Assembly (NCBI GenBank): GCA_002269645.1
Contig: NIVC01001778.1
Coordinates: forward strand, 174,401-238,400
Direction: 5' to 3'
From: Macrostomum lignano
Lineage: Eukaryota
Length of the DNA stretch: 64,000 nt
Shown here: positions 62,905-64,000 of the stretch, one piece after another
Numbering within the stretch: the stretch's first letter is position 1
How the letters are laid out: the number at the start of each line of letters is the position of its first letter
Made by a program: the position numbers and the translations under genes
The notes under the pieces: generated by a model
The model's database searches: none
The model's input: only the letters and a program-made list of their open reading frames with translations
What the model was told of the DNA's origin: nothing

Positions 62905-64000
62905 GCGATAGCCTTAGTGAATCGGTGGACCCAGGAACGGAAAAGGTAGTCTCTGGGAACGAGCAGACCTCTCTGGGTTGGATCCAGAGCGCCAAGAGGG
63001 TCAGGTCGGTCGGCATGGCTCTAAGGTTGAAGATATGCGTGACGGTCTCATCGTCCCGGCCGTATTTGCGGCACAGAGGTTGGGAACGACGGGTCGATTT
63101 TGGCTTGATAAGTGGCGAGCAGTTTGCAGTGTCCAGAGCGCAGCTGGGCGAGGGTGGTGCGCTGACGATTACAAAGGAGGCATTCGGAGGTGGTGATGTC
63201 CGGCGCACGTGTGCCGAGAACCGGGTTGGGCGGCTGATTGATGAGGAACTCGTCGCCCACTTGACGTTATGGATCGCCAAGTGGGCGAGGCGGAGAGAGG
63301 CGAGATCAGTGATGGAAGCAGGATGAAAACGGATGCGAGCGAAGATGGCGTGGCCGACGATACGGAGGTTGCAGTGGATGGAGCGACGTGGCTGAGGGTC
63401 TTGGAAGAGCTGGTGATTAGGATGCCAGGGTGCCAAGTAGGAGGCCCAGAACTGAGACCCAAGAAGCTCAGAGTGCGCTTTGACCGGGAGCACGGCACAT
63501 TCGGAGTGAAGGTGCTCAACTTGAGTGCAGCTGTGACACCCGGCGCAGTAATTAAGTAGAGACCTGCAGATGGCTTTGAAAGACACGCTGAGTGTTTCTT
63601 TATCTTGGCCCCATTGCGTGCCACAAAGAGCACGGAGGATGGTGGTATTCGCGCGGACTTTGTTGCTGGTCAGCTTAGCGTGCTCATGACAACGAAGAAA
63701 GGGTCGAATGTGACTCCAAGGATCTTCGGGTTGAAGCAGTAGGGCAAAGGCGAGCCACGCAGAAAAATCGGCGGAGACGAGCGGAATTCATGAGTGTGGT
63801 GTGGTAAAGATGGTGACAGTGGATTTGCCCGGTGAGAGAGGAAGACTTTTGGATTCGAGATAGCGGCTGAGCTGATCGGGTACGGTTGAATGAGCTCAGG
63901 GGAGTTTATGGACAAACGCGGCCGCGAGCACAGATGGAAGATACCATCGGGATACTGCTTGATGTGCAGGCTTGGCGCCGGACGCGGAAGGTCAGACATA
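62905..64000 (-). mobile_element. 3' part of a degenerate non-LTR retrotransposon (I/Jockey-like LINE), continuing beyond the window
   Basis: Frameshifted ORF2 relics NPKILGVTFDP, TTLAQLRSGHCKLL...IDPS, ETVTHIFN, TDLTLLALWIQP. Confidence 0.8.

Overview
Eukaryotic (animal) genomic DNA with GC-rich exons, GT-AG introns and minisatellite-filled introns. The style is reminiscent of the flatworm Macrostomum, but species identity is inference only. Five genes could be assembled by hand on the minus strand with consistent splice phases: (1) an 8-exon, ~1238-aa TRP channel with a TRPM-type body but N-terminal ankyrin repeats (8580-16486); (2) a 14-exon, ~1571-aa UGGT (20015-34671); (3,4) two tandem, divergent 2-exon TRPV5/6-like channels (36452-38424, 40477-42420); (5) ARV1 (45328-47156). 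The plus strand carries a PAN/apple + C-type lectin gene with a 1-nt frameshift (60891-61656). Mobile DNA includes a decayed mariner, a hAT element with a perfect 8-bp TSD, several MITEs and the 3' end of a LINE. The most striking non-gene signal is a ~12-kb CpG desert (47.2-59.1 kb), probably the first intron of ARV1. In it, the mariner fossil shows CpG and CpA->TpA (RIP-like) changes and the palindrome TAGGCCTA is clustered. All counts were made by eye; no database search was run.
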